Part shown: positions 45,395 through 53,632 of the stretch, piece after piece | How the letters are laid out: the number at the start of each line of letters is the position of its first letter | Numbering within the stretch: position 1 is the stretch's first letter | Origin: Gammaproteobacteria bacterium | GTDB lineage: Bacteria; Pseudomonadota; Gammaproteobacteria; Eutrophobiales; Eutrophobiaceae | Assembly: GCA_026710545.1 (NCBI GenBank) | Contig: JAPOQU010000011.1 | Coordinates: 1,155-65,154, forward strand | Direction: 5' to 3' | Length of the DNA stretch: 64,000 nucleotides | Notes under the pieces: model-generated | Databases searched by the model: none | Told to the model about the DNA's origin: nothing | The model's input: the letters and a program-made list of their open reading frames with translations, nothing else | Translations under genes and position numbers: made by a program

Positions 45395-48300
45395 GACGCT
45401 GTCTGTTCCTTTTGCTTTGAATCATTGGGTTCGTTTGCTGCTTGTTTGAGATAGCGGGCGCTTAATTCCGCCAAGGCTGCAAGGATTATATTGCGGCGTC
45501 TTTCCCCACTGCGCTCAAGTGTTTTATCTACCCGTTTGATCAACTCGTCCACTTGAGTACGTTCCAGGTCGGTAACGACAAATTCATCGTGAAAAGGTGT
45601 GGGTCTGTTATCCATTCCAACCACCACGGCCATGGCATGGCGTTTGTCCGGTCGTCCTTTTACCCGAGCGAATGTTTCAGCCCGGAGGAATTTTTGCGCC
45701 AGTTCAGCAATCTCGATTGCTGTCCGATCAAGATCGGGATCAATCCAGTTACGGGGCGGCTTGCTTGCTGCCAAGCTGGCTATGCTCTCGAAGCTTGCGT
45801 CACTGTTACTGAACTGTGCAAGCCTTCCGATAAATGCCTCAAGCTTGAAGTCTCCGACTGCCTGGCTGATATTCTTCGCACGCTCATGCAATTCCGCCAG
45901 GGATTGTTGGGACATATTGGGCACTTGCAACTCTTCAAACATAATGTGGCGTAATCGACGTAGCATCGAAGGATAGGCTTGTACCAATTCCTCCAGGCCA
46001 TCACGAATATTATCGACAACGTGGGGTAGCGAGTTCTCGTCTATTTTGGTGATATGCTCTCCCAGTGTTGCGGGAATGTCGTCAAACAGAAACTTGTTCG
46101 GATCCCGTGCGTGCTTGAACATGTTTCTGATACGCACCGCATTGGCTGATAGCCGCATCGTCCGTTTGGTCCATTGTGGTAATTGATCGTAAATTGCTAC
46201 GAGGCCGCGGGCAACGTCAATCGGTTCAAGTTGAGTAAGCTGGTTGGTTTCATCCAGGTCCCGGACGATTGCCGCCATTTCTGACAACAACCTTCGAGCA
46301 ATGTCGGATAAATCCATCCACCTGATTTGGATGGTGCGTGCATCTTTTGCCAGGTAGTCAACGTCCACGTCGTCAAATCGAGGTTTGAACAACCCTTCCC
46401 GGTAGATCGCCAGTTTATCCCGTTGGGATAATATGAATGCGACAGAGAGAATCGGCAGTAGTCCGTCTTTAACGCCAAATGGCGGTTTAAGCCAGAGAGC
46501 ATACAAGTCTGAGACAGCTATAGTTGTTTCTTTTATGTTATTGATTGCAGCGTCCCACATTGGTACTAAATTACAGGGATCCATGCTTTCCAGAGGGGAC
46601 ATGAATTGCCACCTGTCCTGGTTTTGACGATACAGTCCGGACGTTTTTAATATCGATTCAAGCAAACCGACTTCCGGAGGAAATTTTTCGATACCCAGCC
46701 GTGGTTCTCCTTCGTTCAAAACCATATGTCGCAATAAACTGTTTTGTGCAGCTACTGCACTGCTTGAGGGTTTTTGGCGGTTTAACAACTCGTTATGCAG
46801 GCGCGGAGATTTGTTAAAGCGAAGGCTTGCCAATTCCGATGCAAGGTAATTAAGATCGGCTCGCCGCAAATGTCGTCCGTCGTGTGTTCTGCTGAACCAC
46901 TCAGCAGTATCGAATGTCTTGAGCAACTCTTCCTCAATAAGGGATTGCAAGGCCCCATGACGCTCCGAAATCTCCCGTTTCGCCACAGGGTCGCCTGTCA
47001 AATCGGGATTTTCTTTATTCACCAACTGCAATGCAAATAATTCACGGGCTAGCGGAATAATGGACCAGGAAATCCTGGACAGACCTATAGTGCTATCCCA
47101 TAGGCCAGGATGGTTTGCTGCCTCCCGGCATCGTTCCCTTGCTTCTTCTTCACTTTCATCCGCAGTCGGAAGCGCAAGTAAAAACTGGCCTATGGTGCCA
47201 TTTTCCGGCTTGAAACAAGTCACAGCCTCAATCAGCTCACTGAGTGACGTAATGTTGACCTCAAACCAGCGCAGTGCCCCTGTCTCGTGGTAATGGCGCT
47301 TGGCCAGGACAGGATGTAAGCCCACAAGCGATTTAAGTTCCATTAAATCGATCTCATCTATTTCTTTCAGGGCTGACCGGGTGGCTTGGTCAATATCAAA
47401 ATCACTTCCCGCATAGATGGCGTGTACGCCAAGGAATTTTTTGAAAATGGTGAGTGACCATTTATCCAGTTGCGACAGGGCTTCCTCAAGCTCCCGGAAG
47501 GGTATTTCACGAAAGCAGGTTTTCAATATGTCAGAGTTCGCAACGATCCCTGAGCGTTCTTTGAATAAGTCCAACACCGCGATGGTTTTCATCAGCTTGA
47601 CATGAATTTCGTCGCCGCCTTGAGCTTCGCACCGCTCAAGCGCTTCGGCCGCCAAAGCCCAGCGATGTCCGTCTGGCGAGGCCAGGATAGACGGTTCCAG
47701 GTTGGCGCGCAGGTAGTCCCAGAGCAGGTCAGGGGTGTACAATTTTGCAGCCTCGGCGTGTTTCAGAAAATCCTGAAATCCGTACAACTCTGCCGAGTTC
47801 AGAAAGCTGAACAGGCTGCGTTGGTTCTGCCCGAAACGGCGACGCGAGATGGGTCCGAGTAAGCAGGTAACGACCGGGTGTAAGGGGCAGCATCCGAGAA
47901 GCTTGGAGGCAAGTCGCTCAGCGTCAGGCGTATTGTTCCGTTGGACAGCTATGGCTACATCAGTGCAGAGCTTGTCCATGCCTTCAGGCTGGTAATCACT
48001 CTCAATTGCGCGGGAAATCAGTTCTACCTGTTCTTCACCCGTGACACTGATAACAAGATCAATGAAGCGTCCTTGTACCTTGGCCCATTCATCACGTATC
48101 TCGTGTGAAAGACGGTGGGTATATGCCTCAAATGATTGGTGCAATATGCCGATTATAAGCAAACGCCCTTCACTCCGTGACGCAGCTTCGGCAAGCTGCT
48201 GAAAAACATAAATATCTGAACCATCTCTCACCGCGGCCTCAAGGAATTTGCCCATTTCATCAATAAACAACACAAGGCCGCCGTAGGTTTCGGGCCTGTA

Positions 48301-48774
48301 TTTGGCGGCATTCATGAGTGAGGTGACCAGCTTGCTTTCGGTCCAACCTCCACGGGGTCGACGCGCTACGACCTCGTTTTGTAAAAGGGTTTCACCAATA
48401 ACGCTGACAGGATCATCTCGTGTGCCAACGACCGGAACAATGCGCCATCCTTCAAGGCCGAGCGGTAACGCTTTTCCGACATCATTGGTCAGTTCCGGTC
48501 CAAATACTTTCTCCGCGTGCTCGCGCATAGATAGGTTGCCATTCAACAATGCGCCTAACGCAAGGACCAGGCTTGACTTTCCGCTACCGTAAGGACCCGT
48601 CCAGGTAAATGCCCCTTGCCCGGTTTCGGAGATATGGTTTGCCATGGTTTTCAGAACGTCGGCGAAGGACTGTGGGCAAATATACCCTTCCAAGGCTGAA
48701 CCATCAGTCAGGTCTGTGTCTATGCGTACTGATCTGAGAAAGCGGCTTGCAATATGGACACGTTCGTTCGGCAT
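45391..48774 (-). CDS. 1127-aa P-loop ATPase (BrxC/SspC-like architecture)
   Basis: Walker A FTWTGPYGSGKSSLV and Walker B GGLVLFIDEMGKF, followed by a helical region of about 850 aa. The family assignment is by architecture only. Confidence 0.6.
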   Translation of the reverse strand: MPNERVHIASRFLRSVRIDTDLTDGSALEGYICPQSFADVLKTMANHISETGQGAFTWTGPYGSGKSSLVLALGALLNGNLSMREHAEKVFGPELTNDVGKALPLGLEGWRIVPVVGTRDDPVSVIGETLLQNEVVARRPRGGWTESKLVTSLMNAAKYRPETYGGLVLFIDEMGKFLEAAVRDGSDIYVFQQLAEAASRSEGRLLIIGILHQSFEAYTHRLSHEIRDEWAKVQGRFIDLVISVTGEEQVELISRAIESDYQPEGMDKLCTDVAIAVQRNNTPDAERLASKLLGCCPLHPVVTCLLGPISRRRFGQNQRSLFSFLNSAELYGFQDFLKHAEAAKLYTPDLLWDYLRANLEPSILASPDGHRWALAAEALERCEAQGGDEIHVKLMKTIAVLDLFKERSGIVANSDILKTCFREIPFRELEEALSQLDKWSLTIFKKFLGVHAIYAGSDFDIDQATRSALKEIDEIDLMELKSLVGLHPVLAKRHYHETGALRWFEVNITSLSELIEAVTCFKPENGTIGQFLLALPTADESEEEARERCREAANHPGLWDSTIGLSRISWSIIPLARELFALQLVNKENPDLTGDPVAKREISERHGALQSLIEEELLKTFDTAEWFSRTHDGRHLRRADLNYLASELASLRFNKSPRLHNELLNRQKPSSSAVAAQNSLLRHMVLNEGEPRLGIEKFPPEVGLLESILKTSGLYRQNQDRWQFMSPLESMDPCNLVPMWDAAINNIKETTIAVSDLYALWLKPPFGVKDGLLPILSVAFILSQRDKLAIYREGLFKPRFDDVDVDYLAKDARTIQIRWMDLSDIARRLLSEMAAIVRDLDETNQLTQLEPIDVARGLVAIYDQLPQWTKRTMRLSANAVRIRNMFKHARDPNKFLFDDIPATLGEHITKIDENSLPHVVDNIRDGLEELVQAYPSMLRRLRHIMFEELQVPNMSQQSLAELHERAKNISQAVGDFKLEAFIGRLAQFSNSDASFESIASLAASKPPRNWIDPDLDRTAIEIAELAQKFLRAETFARVKGRPDKRHAMAVVVGMDNRPTPFHDEFVVTDLERTQVDELIKRVDKTLERSGERRRNIILAALAELSARYLKQAANEPNDSKQKEQTAS

Positions 48775-48997
48775 TATCGGCTTGGTTTCTCTACAGGGAC
48801 TCTATCGTAATTGGAGAATATGTACGGAAGCGTCCTTTCTTCTTGATATTGAAATTGCGAACAACTTATTTCAAGTTCAATTTTAATGTCTGGGATATGT
48901 TATAGTCAATCTGTGATCGCAGGTTTTTCTCGCGTTTTGCATATGGCGTCCTGGCTCTGTCCAAAGTAGGGTTTTATATTCTACCTGATTGAACTAA

Positions 48998-50203
48998 ATG
49001 AGAATTTCAGAAACCATCTATTTCGATCATCAAGCTACGACTCCCGTTGACCAGCGCGTTTCAGACCGCATGCTGCCTCATTTCAGCGAAACCTTCGGCA
49101 ACTCCCACTCCGCAGATCATGTTCTAGGCTGGAAAAGCTCTCAGGCTGTGGAGCAGGCGGCAGTCCAAGTAGCGAGTCTGGTCAGCGCCGACCCCGATGA
49201 GATCATTTTCACGTCAGGCGCCACGGAAGCGAATAACATGGCCTTGCTCGGTCTTGCTCGACGTGTGCATCCTGAAAGCAGGAGGCGGCGGTTTATCCTC
49301 AGCGAAATTGAACACAAGTGCGTACTTGCAGCCGGGCGGGCTATTTCTGACCAACTTGGTTTTCCCGTAGATCATCTACCTGTCGACAATGAAGGCCACG
49401 TCCTGTTGACGTCTTTGGAAAATGCCTTGGATGAAGACGTACTCGCCGTTTCCATCATGGCGGTAAATAATGAAATCGGCACAATTCAGGACATCCAAAA
49501 AATTTCCGAACTGGTCAGGAATGCAGGCGCCATATTTCATTGCGACGCAGCCCAGGCCCCTATTTCCGTAGACATGCGGGGAATTGTCGAGCATGTGGAC
49601 ATGTTGAGTCTATCCGCCCACAAGATGTACGGGCCAAAAGGCATCGGCGCGCTCTACATCCGTCGGGAGTTACAGGATCGCCTGGAACCGCTTATCTACG
49701 GCGGGGGACAGCAGAACGGTTTACGCTCAGGCACCGTCCCTACGGCCTTGTGCGTCGGCATGGGTGCGGCCGCCGAACTTCTGAGTGGCTATGAGGCAAT
49801 GCAAAAACATACTCTCCTGTGCCAAAGACGGGACCGCTTTCTCGAAAAATTGTCGGACTTGCCCTGGGCCATCCGATTGAACGGCCCCACCGGAGAATCC
49901 CGCCATCCCGGCAATGCCAATATTTGCTTCGAAGGTTTCTACGCCCAGGATATTTTACAAGTGCTTCAACCCCATCTTGCCGCTTCTACCGGGTCGGCCT
50001 GCACGTCCGGCATTCCGGAACCTTCCCACGTTCTCAAAGCCATAGGTCTGTCCCTTGAAGATGCCGAAGCATCCATCCGCTTCAGTCTTGGCTTTGACAC
50101 TACAGACGAAGATATTGATGATGCGGTAAACTTGATAGACAATGCGCTTAATAGACTTTCGGCCACGCAGATTAAGGCTTCAGCGATGGCCGGCGTCGGC
50201 TAA
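48998..50203 (+). CDS. class-V PLP-dependent cysteine desulfurase (IscS/NifS/DndA/SspA-like), stand-alone
   Basis: FDHQATTP, SGATEANN, PLP-lysine motif SAHKMYGPKG and active-site Cys in STGSACTSG. There are no isc or suf neighbours. Confidence 0.85.
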   Translation: MRISETIYFDHQATTPVDQRVSDRMLPHFSETFGNSHSADHVLGWKSSQAVEQAAVQVASLVSADPDEIIFTSGATEANNMALLGLARRVHPESRRRRFILSEIEHKCVLAAGRAISDQLGFPVDHLPVDNEGHVLLTSLENALDEDVLAVSIMAVNNEIGTIQDIQKISELVRNAGAIFHCDAAQAPISVDMRGIVEHVDMLSLSAHKMYGPKGIGALYIRRELQDRLEPLIYGGGQQNGLRSGTVPTALCVGMGAAAELLSGYEAMQKHTLLCQRRDRFLEKLSDLPWAIRLNGPTGESRHPGNANICFEGFYAQDILQVLQPHLAASTGSACTSGIPEPSHVLKAIGLSLEDAEASIRFSLGFDTTDEDIDDAVNLIDNALNRLSATQIKASAMAGVG

Positions 50204-50222
50204 AATATGATTCAAATAGTGG

Positions 50223-50264
50223 ATTCCGGTCCCTGCTTTCGCAGGGATAAACTTAAACCGGAAT
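50223..50264. repeat. nested REP-like inverted repeat
   Basis: ATTCCGGT...ACCGGAAT encloses TCCCTGCTTTCGCAGGGA. The CTGCTTTCGCAG core recurs near 53545. Confidence 0.7.
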
Positions 50265-50301
50265 GACATGAGATAAATAATCCCGATAAAGGAGAAAACC
50301 A

Positions 50302-50748
50302 ATGCGATATCTGCACACCATGCTCCGGGTCTCCGACCTGGACAAGACCATGTCTTTTTTCTGTGACGTCATGGGCATGCGGGAAGTGCGGCGCATGGAA
50401 AGCGATAAGGGACGTTTTACCCTGGTATTCCTGGCCGCGCCCGGTGACGTGGAAGGGATGGAAGGGCCGGGCCAGCCGGCGCCGGTGCTGGAGTTGACCC
50501 ATAACTGGGACCCGGAGGAATACACCGGCGGGCGTAATTTCGGTCATGTCGCTTTTGAGGTGGATGATATTTATGACACCTGTCAGAAGATTGCGGACAG
50601 CGGTGTGACCATCAACCGGCCACCACGGGATGGTCACATGGCATTCCTGCGTACGCCGGATAATATCTCCATTGAGTTGTTGCAGAAAGGCGGGCCGCGT
50701 ACGCCTCAGGAGCCATGGGCATCTGCTGAGAATGTTGGAGTCTGGTAA
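50302..50748 (+). CDS. gloA: lactoylglutathione lyase (glyoxalase I)
   Basis: [26 protein letters not shown]...LELTHNW...[10 protein letters not shown]. Confidence 0.85.
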   Translation: MRYLHTMLRVSDLDKTMSFFCDVMGMREVRRMESDKGRFTLVFLAAPGDVEGMEGPGQPAPVLELTHNWDPEEYTGGRNFGHVAFEVDDIYDTCQKIADSGVTINRPPRDGHMAFLRTPDNISIELLQKGGPRTPQEPWASAENVGVW

Positions 50749-50756
50749 CAGACCCC

Positions 50757-52298
50757 TTATTTCATCAGTTTCTGATCCAGCAGCAGGTTCAGGGTAAAGC
50801 GCACCCCGAAGCCGGTGGTGTCGGTGGGGATGTGGGCCAGGCCGCCCTTGTTGTTGCCGGCGGACAGGTCAACGTGGATCCACGGGCAGTCGTGCTTGAC
50901 GAAACGCTGCAGGAAACGCGCCCCGAGGATATGGTCCACGCCGGGGTCGCTGCTGCATTGCTTTGTATCCGCGAACTTGCTCTCCAGCGCCTCGTCGTAA
51001 TCTTCGTCCATGGGGAACGGCCAGACCCGTTCGCCGCTGTCCACGCCTGCCTTGACCATCCGGGGCAGAAACTCTTCCTGGTTGGTGAACACGCCGCTGT
51101 AGGCCTTGCCGATGGCATACACGCAGGCGCCGGTCAGCGTGGCGTAATCCATGATCAGTTTCGGTTTGTTGCGCGAGGCCAGTGTCAGGGTGTCCGCCAG
51201 CACCATCCTGCCTTCGGCATCGGTGTGGACGACCTCGATGGTGGTGCCGTCCAGCGCGGTCACTATATCGCCGGGGTTGTAGGCGTCCGGGCCGATGTGG
51301 TTGGTGCAGATAGCCAGCCAGCATTCAACCGGAAACGGCGCCCTGATCCGGGTCAGCGCCGCCAGGGCGCCAAGCGCCACCGCGCTGCCTTCCATGTCCT
51401 CGTGCATGCCCATCATGTAGTTATGGGGTTTCAGGTTGACGCCGCCGGTGTCGAAACAGATGCCCTTGCCCACCAGGGCCAGGGCGTTTTCGGAGGTCGG
51501 ATCGTCAGGCGTATAGCGCAGGCGCAGGATACCGCCATCCTTTTCCGGGCTGCCCTGGGCGACGGCCAGGAACGCGCCCGCCTTCTTCTTTTCAAGCTGG
51601 GCGATGCTGAAGAACTGGCTTTTCCAGCCGTATTCCCTGGCCAGTTGTGCGATGCGCTTGCGGTACAGAGCCGGTGTGAGTTCATTGTGGGGCAGGGCGG
51701 TCAGGTAACGGGCCAGGGCATTGCCCTCGTCTTCCGCGAAGGTGCGCTCGAACCCGTATTTGTCCGGCACCCCGTGCAGGTGGACCCGTTCCAGCCTGGT
51801 GCCTTTCTTGTCCTTGCTGTGGTAGTCGGGCATTTCCGCATCGGCCGCCAGCGCCGCCGCCAACAGCGCCTCCGCCACCCGCGCGGATTTTTTCGCGCTG
51901 AAGCCGATGACGGCAATCCCCAGTTCGGTCGCCTGGTAGTCGTCGTGGCCGCCGGCCAGTTTGCGCGCCAGGGTGAGGAGTTCGAAAGAGGACAGGTCCG
52001 GTTTGACGGTGGAGAGCGCCACGCGCCCGGCCTTGTCATTGGGCAGGTCGGTCAGCAGCAGGGGGGCGCTGTCGTCTTCGTCCCGGCGCAACCGTTTATA
52101 ACGTTTTTGCAGGACATCGTGGTAGGGAAATGACGGCCATTGACCCTTTGTACCCGGTTCCCTGACGACGATTATCCAGTGCTCAAGCGCATCAAACCGG
52201 GCAGTGTCCGGCAGTTCTGCGGAATGCTGTAGCTGTGCCTGTTGCATAGCTTGCCAATATAACAGGAAGCCGATGAAAAGGGACAGGGAGATAGTCAC
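50757..52298 (-). CDS. M17-family leucyl aminopeptidase
   Basis: GKGICFDTGGVNLKP and the M17 signature HTDAEGRMVLADTL. Confidence 0.85.
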   Translation of the reverse strand: MTISLSLFIGFLLYWQAMQQAQLQHSAELPDTARFDALEHWIIVVREPGTKGQWPSFPYHDVLQKRYKRLRRDEDDSAPLLLTDLPNDKAGRVALSTVKPDLSSFELLTLARKLAGGHDDYQATELGIAVIGFSAKKSARVAEALLAAALAADAEMPDYHSKDKKGTRLERVHLHGVPDKYGFERTFAEDEGNALARYLTALPHNELTPALYRKRIAQLAREYGWKSQFFSIAQLEKKKAGAFLAVAQGSPEKDGGILRLRYTPDDPTSENALALVGKGICFDTGGVNLKPHNYMMGMHEDMEGSAVALGALAALTRIRAPFPVECWLAICTNHIGPDAYNPGDIVTALDGTTIEVVHTDAEGRMVLADTLTLASRNKPKLIMDYATLTGACVYAIGKAYSGVFTNQEEFLPRMVKAGVDSGERVWPFPMDEDYDEALESKFADTKQCSSDPGVDHILGARFLQRFVKHDCPWIHVDLSAGNNKGGLAHIPTDTTGFGVRFTLNLLLDQKLMK

Positions 52299-52332
52299 TT
52301 TTTAACGGATTCCTGCTTGCGCAAGAAAGCAA

Positions 52333-52477
52333 ATTTGGGACAACCATAAATTACATGAGCGTTTTAAATTTATGGTTGTCCCAAACTCTCATGATCAGAT
52401 CTCTGCACACCCCGACAGCATGTAACTCAGCTTGCTGGGGACAGAATTAATTCTGTCCCCGAATTTACACAGCAAAT
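52333..52477. repeat. hairpin + 99-bp conserved element (copy A)
   Basis: The hairpin is GGACAACCATAAATT...AATTTATGGTTGTCC. It is followed by a 99-bp unit (52379..52477) that recurs at 61971..62069 with 2 mismatches and contains GGGGACAGAATTAATTCTGTCCCC. Confidence 0.85.
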
Positions 52478-52633
52478 TAAGCACTCCGGCAGGAAAGATC
52501 TGGATAAAACGCTGGATAATCAGCTTCGATCAGCTATACTTTATCTTGAGTAAACGGGCGACCCGGATTTATCCGGGTCCCCCGGATAGTTGCGGATTGC
52601 CTACCCTTGAAATCAACTCTTGAGGTAGCGATC

Positions 52634-53005
52634 ATGAGCGTAAATTATCAACTCATTGCTGGTATTGATTCTGTCCACAGGGCAGAGAAAAATGAAGATG
52701 GCTGGTACACGATAGTCAGGGACGGCGAAGTCAACCGTGGTGACCTGGTTACTGACAAGTACCGGAACCTGACCTTTGCGGTCACGGGCTTTGGTGCTCC
52801 CTTCTACGTTGCCGAGATCCGTATCGAGGATGCGGTGGAAGGTTATTACTCTTCCGTCATTGTTGACTACCATGAGGCGGTCAATAATTTCGACAGTTTC
52901 GAGAAAATAACGGTCTGCCTGGCATTCCTGGAACCGGTGCGTCACCTTCACAGTGTCCAACAGCAACGCGACATGCCCGTCGCGCTTGCATCAGGTTGGA
53001 GCTGA
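52634..53005 (+). CDS. hypothetical protein
   Basis: 123-aa ORF starting MSVNYQLIAG. No motif recognised. Confidence 0.4.
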   Translation: MSVNYQLIAGIDSVHRAEKNEDGWYTIVRDGEVNRGDLVTDKYRNLTFAVTGFGAPFYVAEIRIEDAVEGYYSSVIVDYHEAVNNFDSFEKITVCLAFLEPVRHLHSVQQQRDMPVALASGWS

Positions 53006-53088
53006 CCGGCGGAAAAGGCGATCTTACGGTCGCCTTTTTTTATGCCGGAAGCGTTGTTTTGCGCTATTATTTGATCGCTATTGCTTCC

Positions 53089-53113
53089 GGGGACAGACCT
53101 TAGGTCTGTCCCC
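53089..53113. repeat. palindrome GGGGACAGACCTTAGGTCTGTCCCC
   Basis: Member of the GGGGACNGA hairpin family. Confidence 0.85.
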
Positions 53114-53147
53114 GGAGTCCAGAAGTTTTTTCAAAGGAGTATAGGAA

Positions 53148-53495
53148 ATGAAACGGATATATTACATAGTGTTCCTGTTGTTTATTCTTGGCCAGGGAAA
53201 GGTGGTTTCCGGCGCCGCCCTGCTGACGGGCGTCACCCGCCTGTCCTGTGAAGCCCTGCTGTGCCTGTCATCGCCGGCGCGGCCCGGGGCCTGTAACCCG
53301 GCGCTGTCCCATTATTTTGCCATCAGGAAGTTCACCTGGCCGGCGACGTTTGCGGCGCGGCTGAGATTCCTGAACAAGTGTCCGACGGCTACGCCGGGAC
53401 TGGCCCGGGAAGTGGCAAAGGGGGCGCCCCGGAAGTGGGAGGATGGGCCTGGGGTTACTTCGCCGGGGACAGCCGTCAGGACTGTCCCGCGTTAA
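53148..53495 (+). CDS. TrbM-like conjugal-transfer periplasmic protein
   Basis: Signal peptide plus LLTGVTRLSCEALLCLSSPARPGACNPALSHYFAI...RLRFLNKCP, which matches the cysteine pattern I recall for TrbM. Confidence 0.55.
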   Translation: MKRIYYIVFLLFILGQGKVVSGAALLTGVTRLSCEALLCLSSPARPGACNPALSHYFAIRKFTWPATFAARLRFLNKCPTATPGLAREVAKGAPRKWEDGPGVTSPGTAVRTVPR

Positions 53496-53529
53496 TAAAG
53501 GGTCGCCTATGGCGGCTGTGTGTTTCACT

Positions 53530-53615
53530 GGGTTCCTGCTTCCTGCTTTCGCAGAGCCTGTCACGCGCAAGCGGGGAAATGACGATGCACAGGAACGACG
53601 ATAAGAGCGGAACGA
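53530..53615. repeat. REP-like element cluster
   Basis: Contains CCTGCTTTCGCAGAG and ACGCGCAAGCGGGGAAATGACG, cores shared with 14937, 50230 and 56480. Confidence 0.6.
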
Positions 53616-53632
53616 CATAGAGGGGGGTAGGT

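Noticed and set aside
44552-48774. Calling the ATPase + PAPS-reductase pair a type-4 BREX system
   Set aside because: No PglZ phosphatase or BrxL/Lon-like gene is present in the window. The adjacent cysteine desulfurase points instead to sulfur chemistry. The idea is kept only as a comparison in the main finding.
50832-52133. 433-aa ORF antisense to the M17 aminopeptidase gene
   Set aside because: Same shadow-ORF pattern. The sense strand carries the M17 signature NTDAEGR-type motif.
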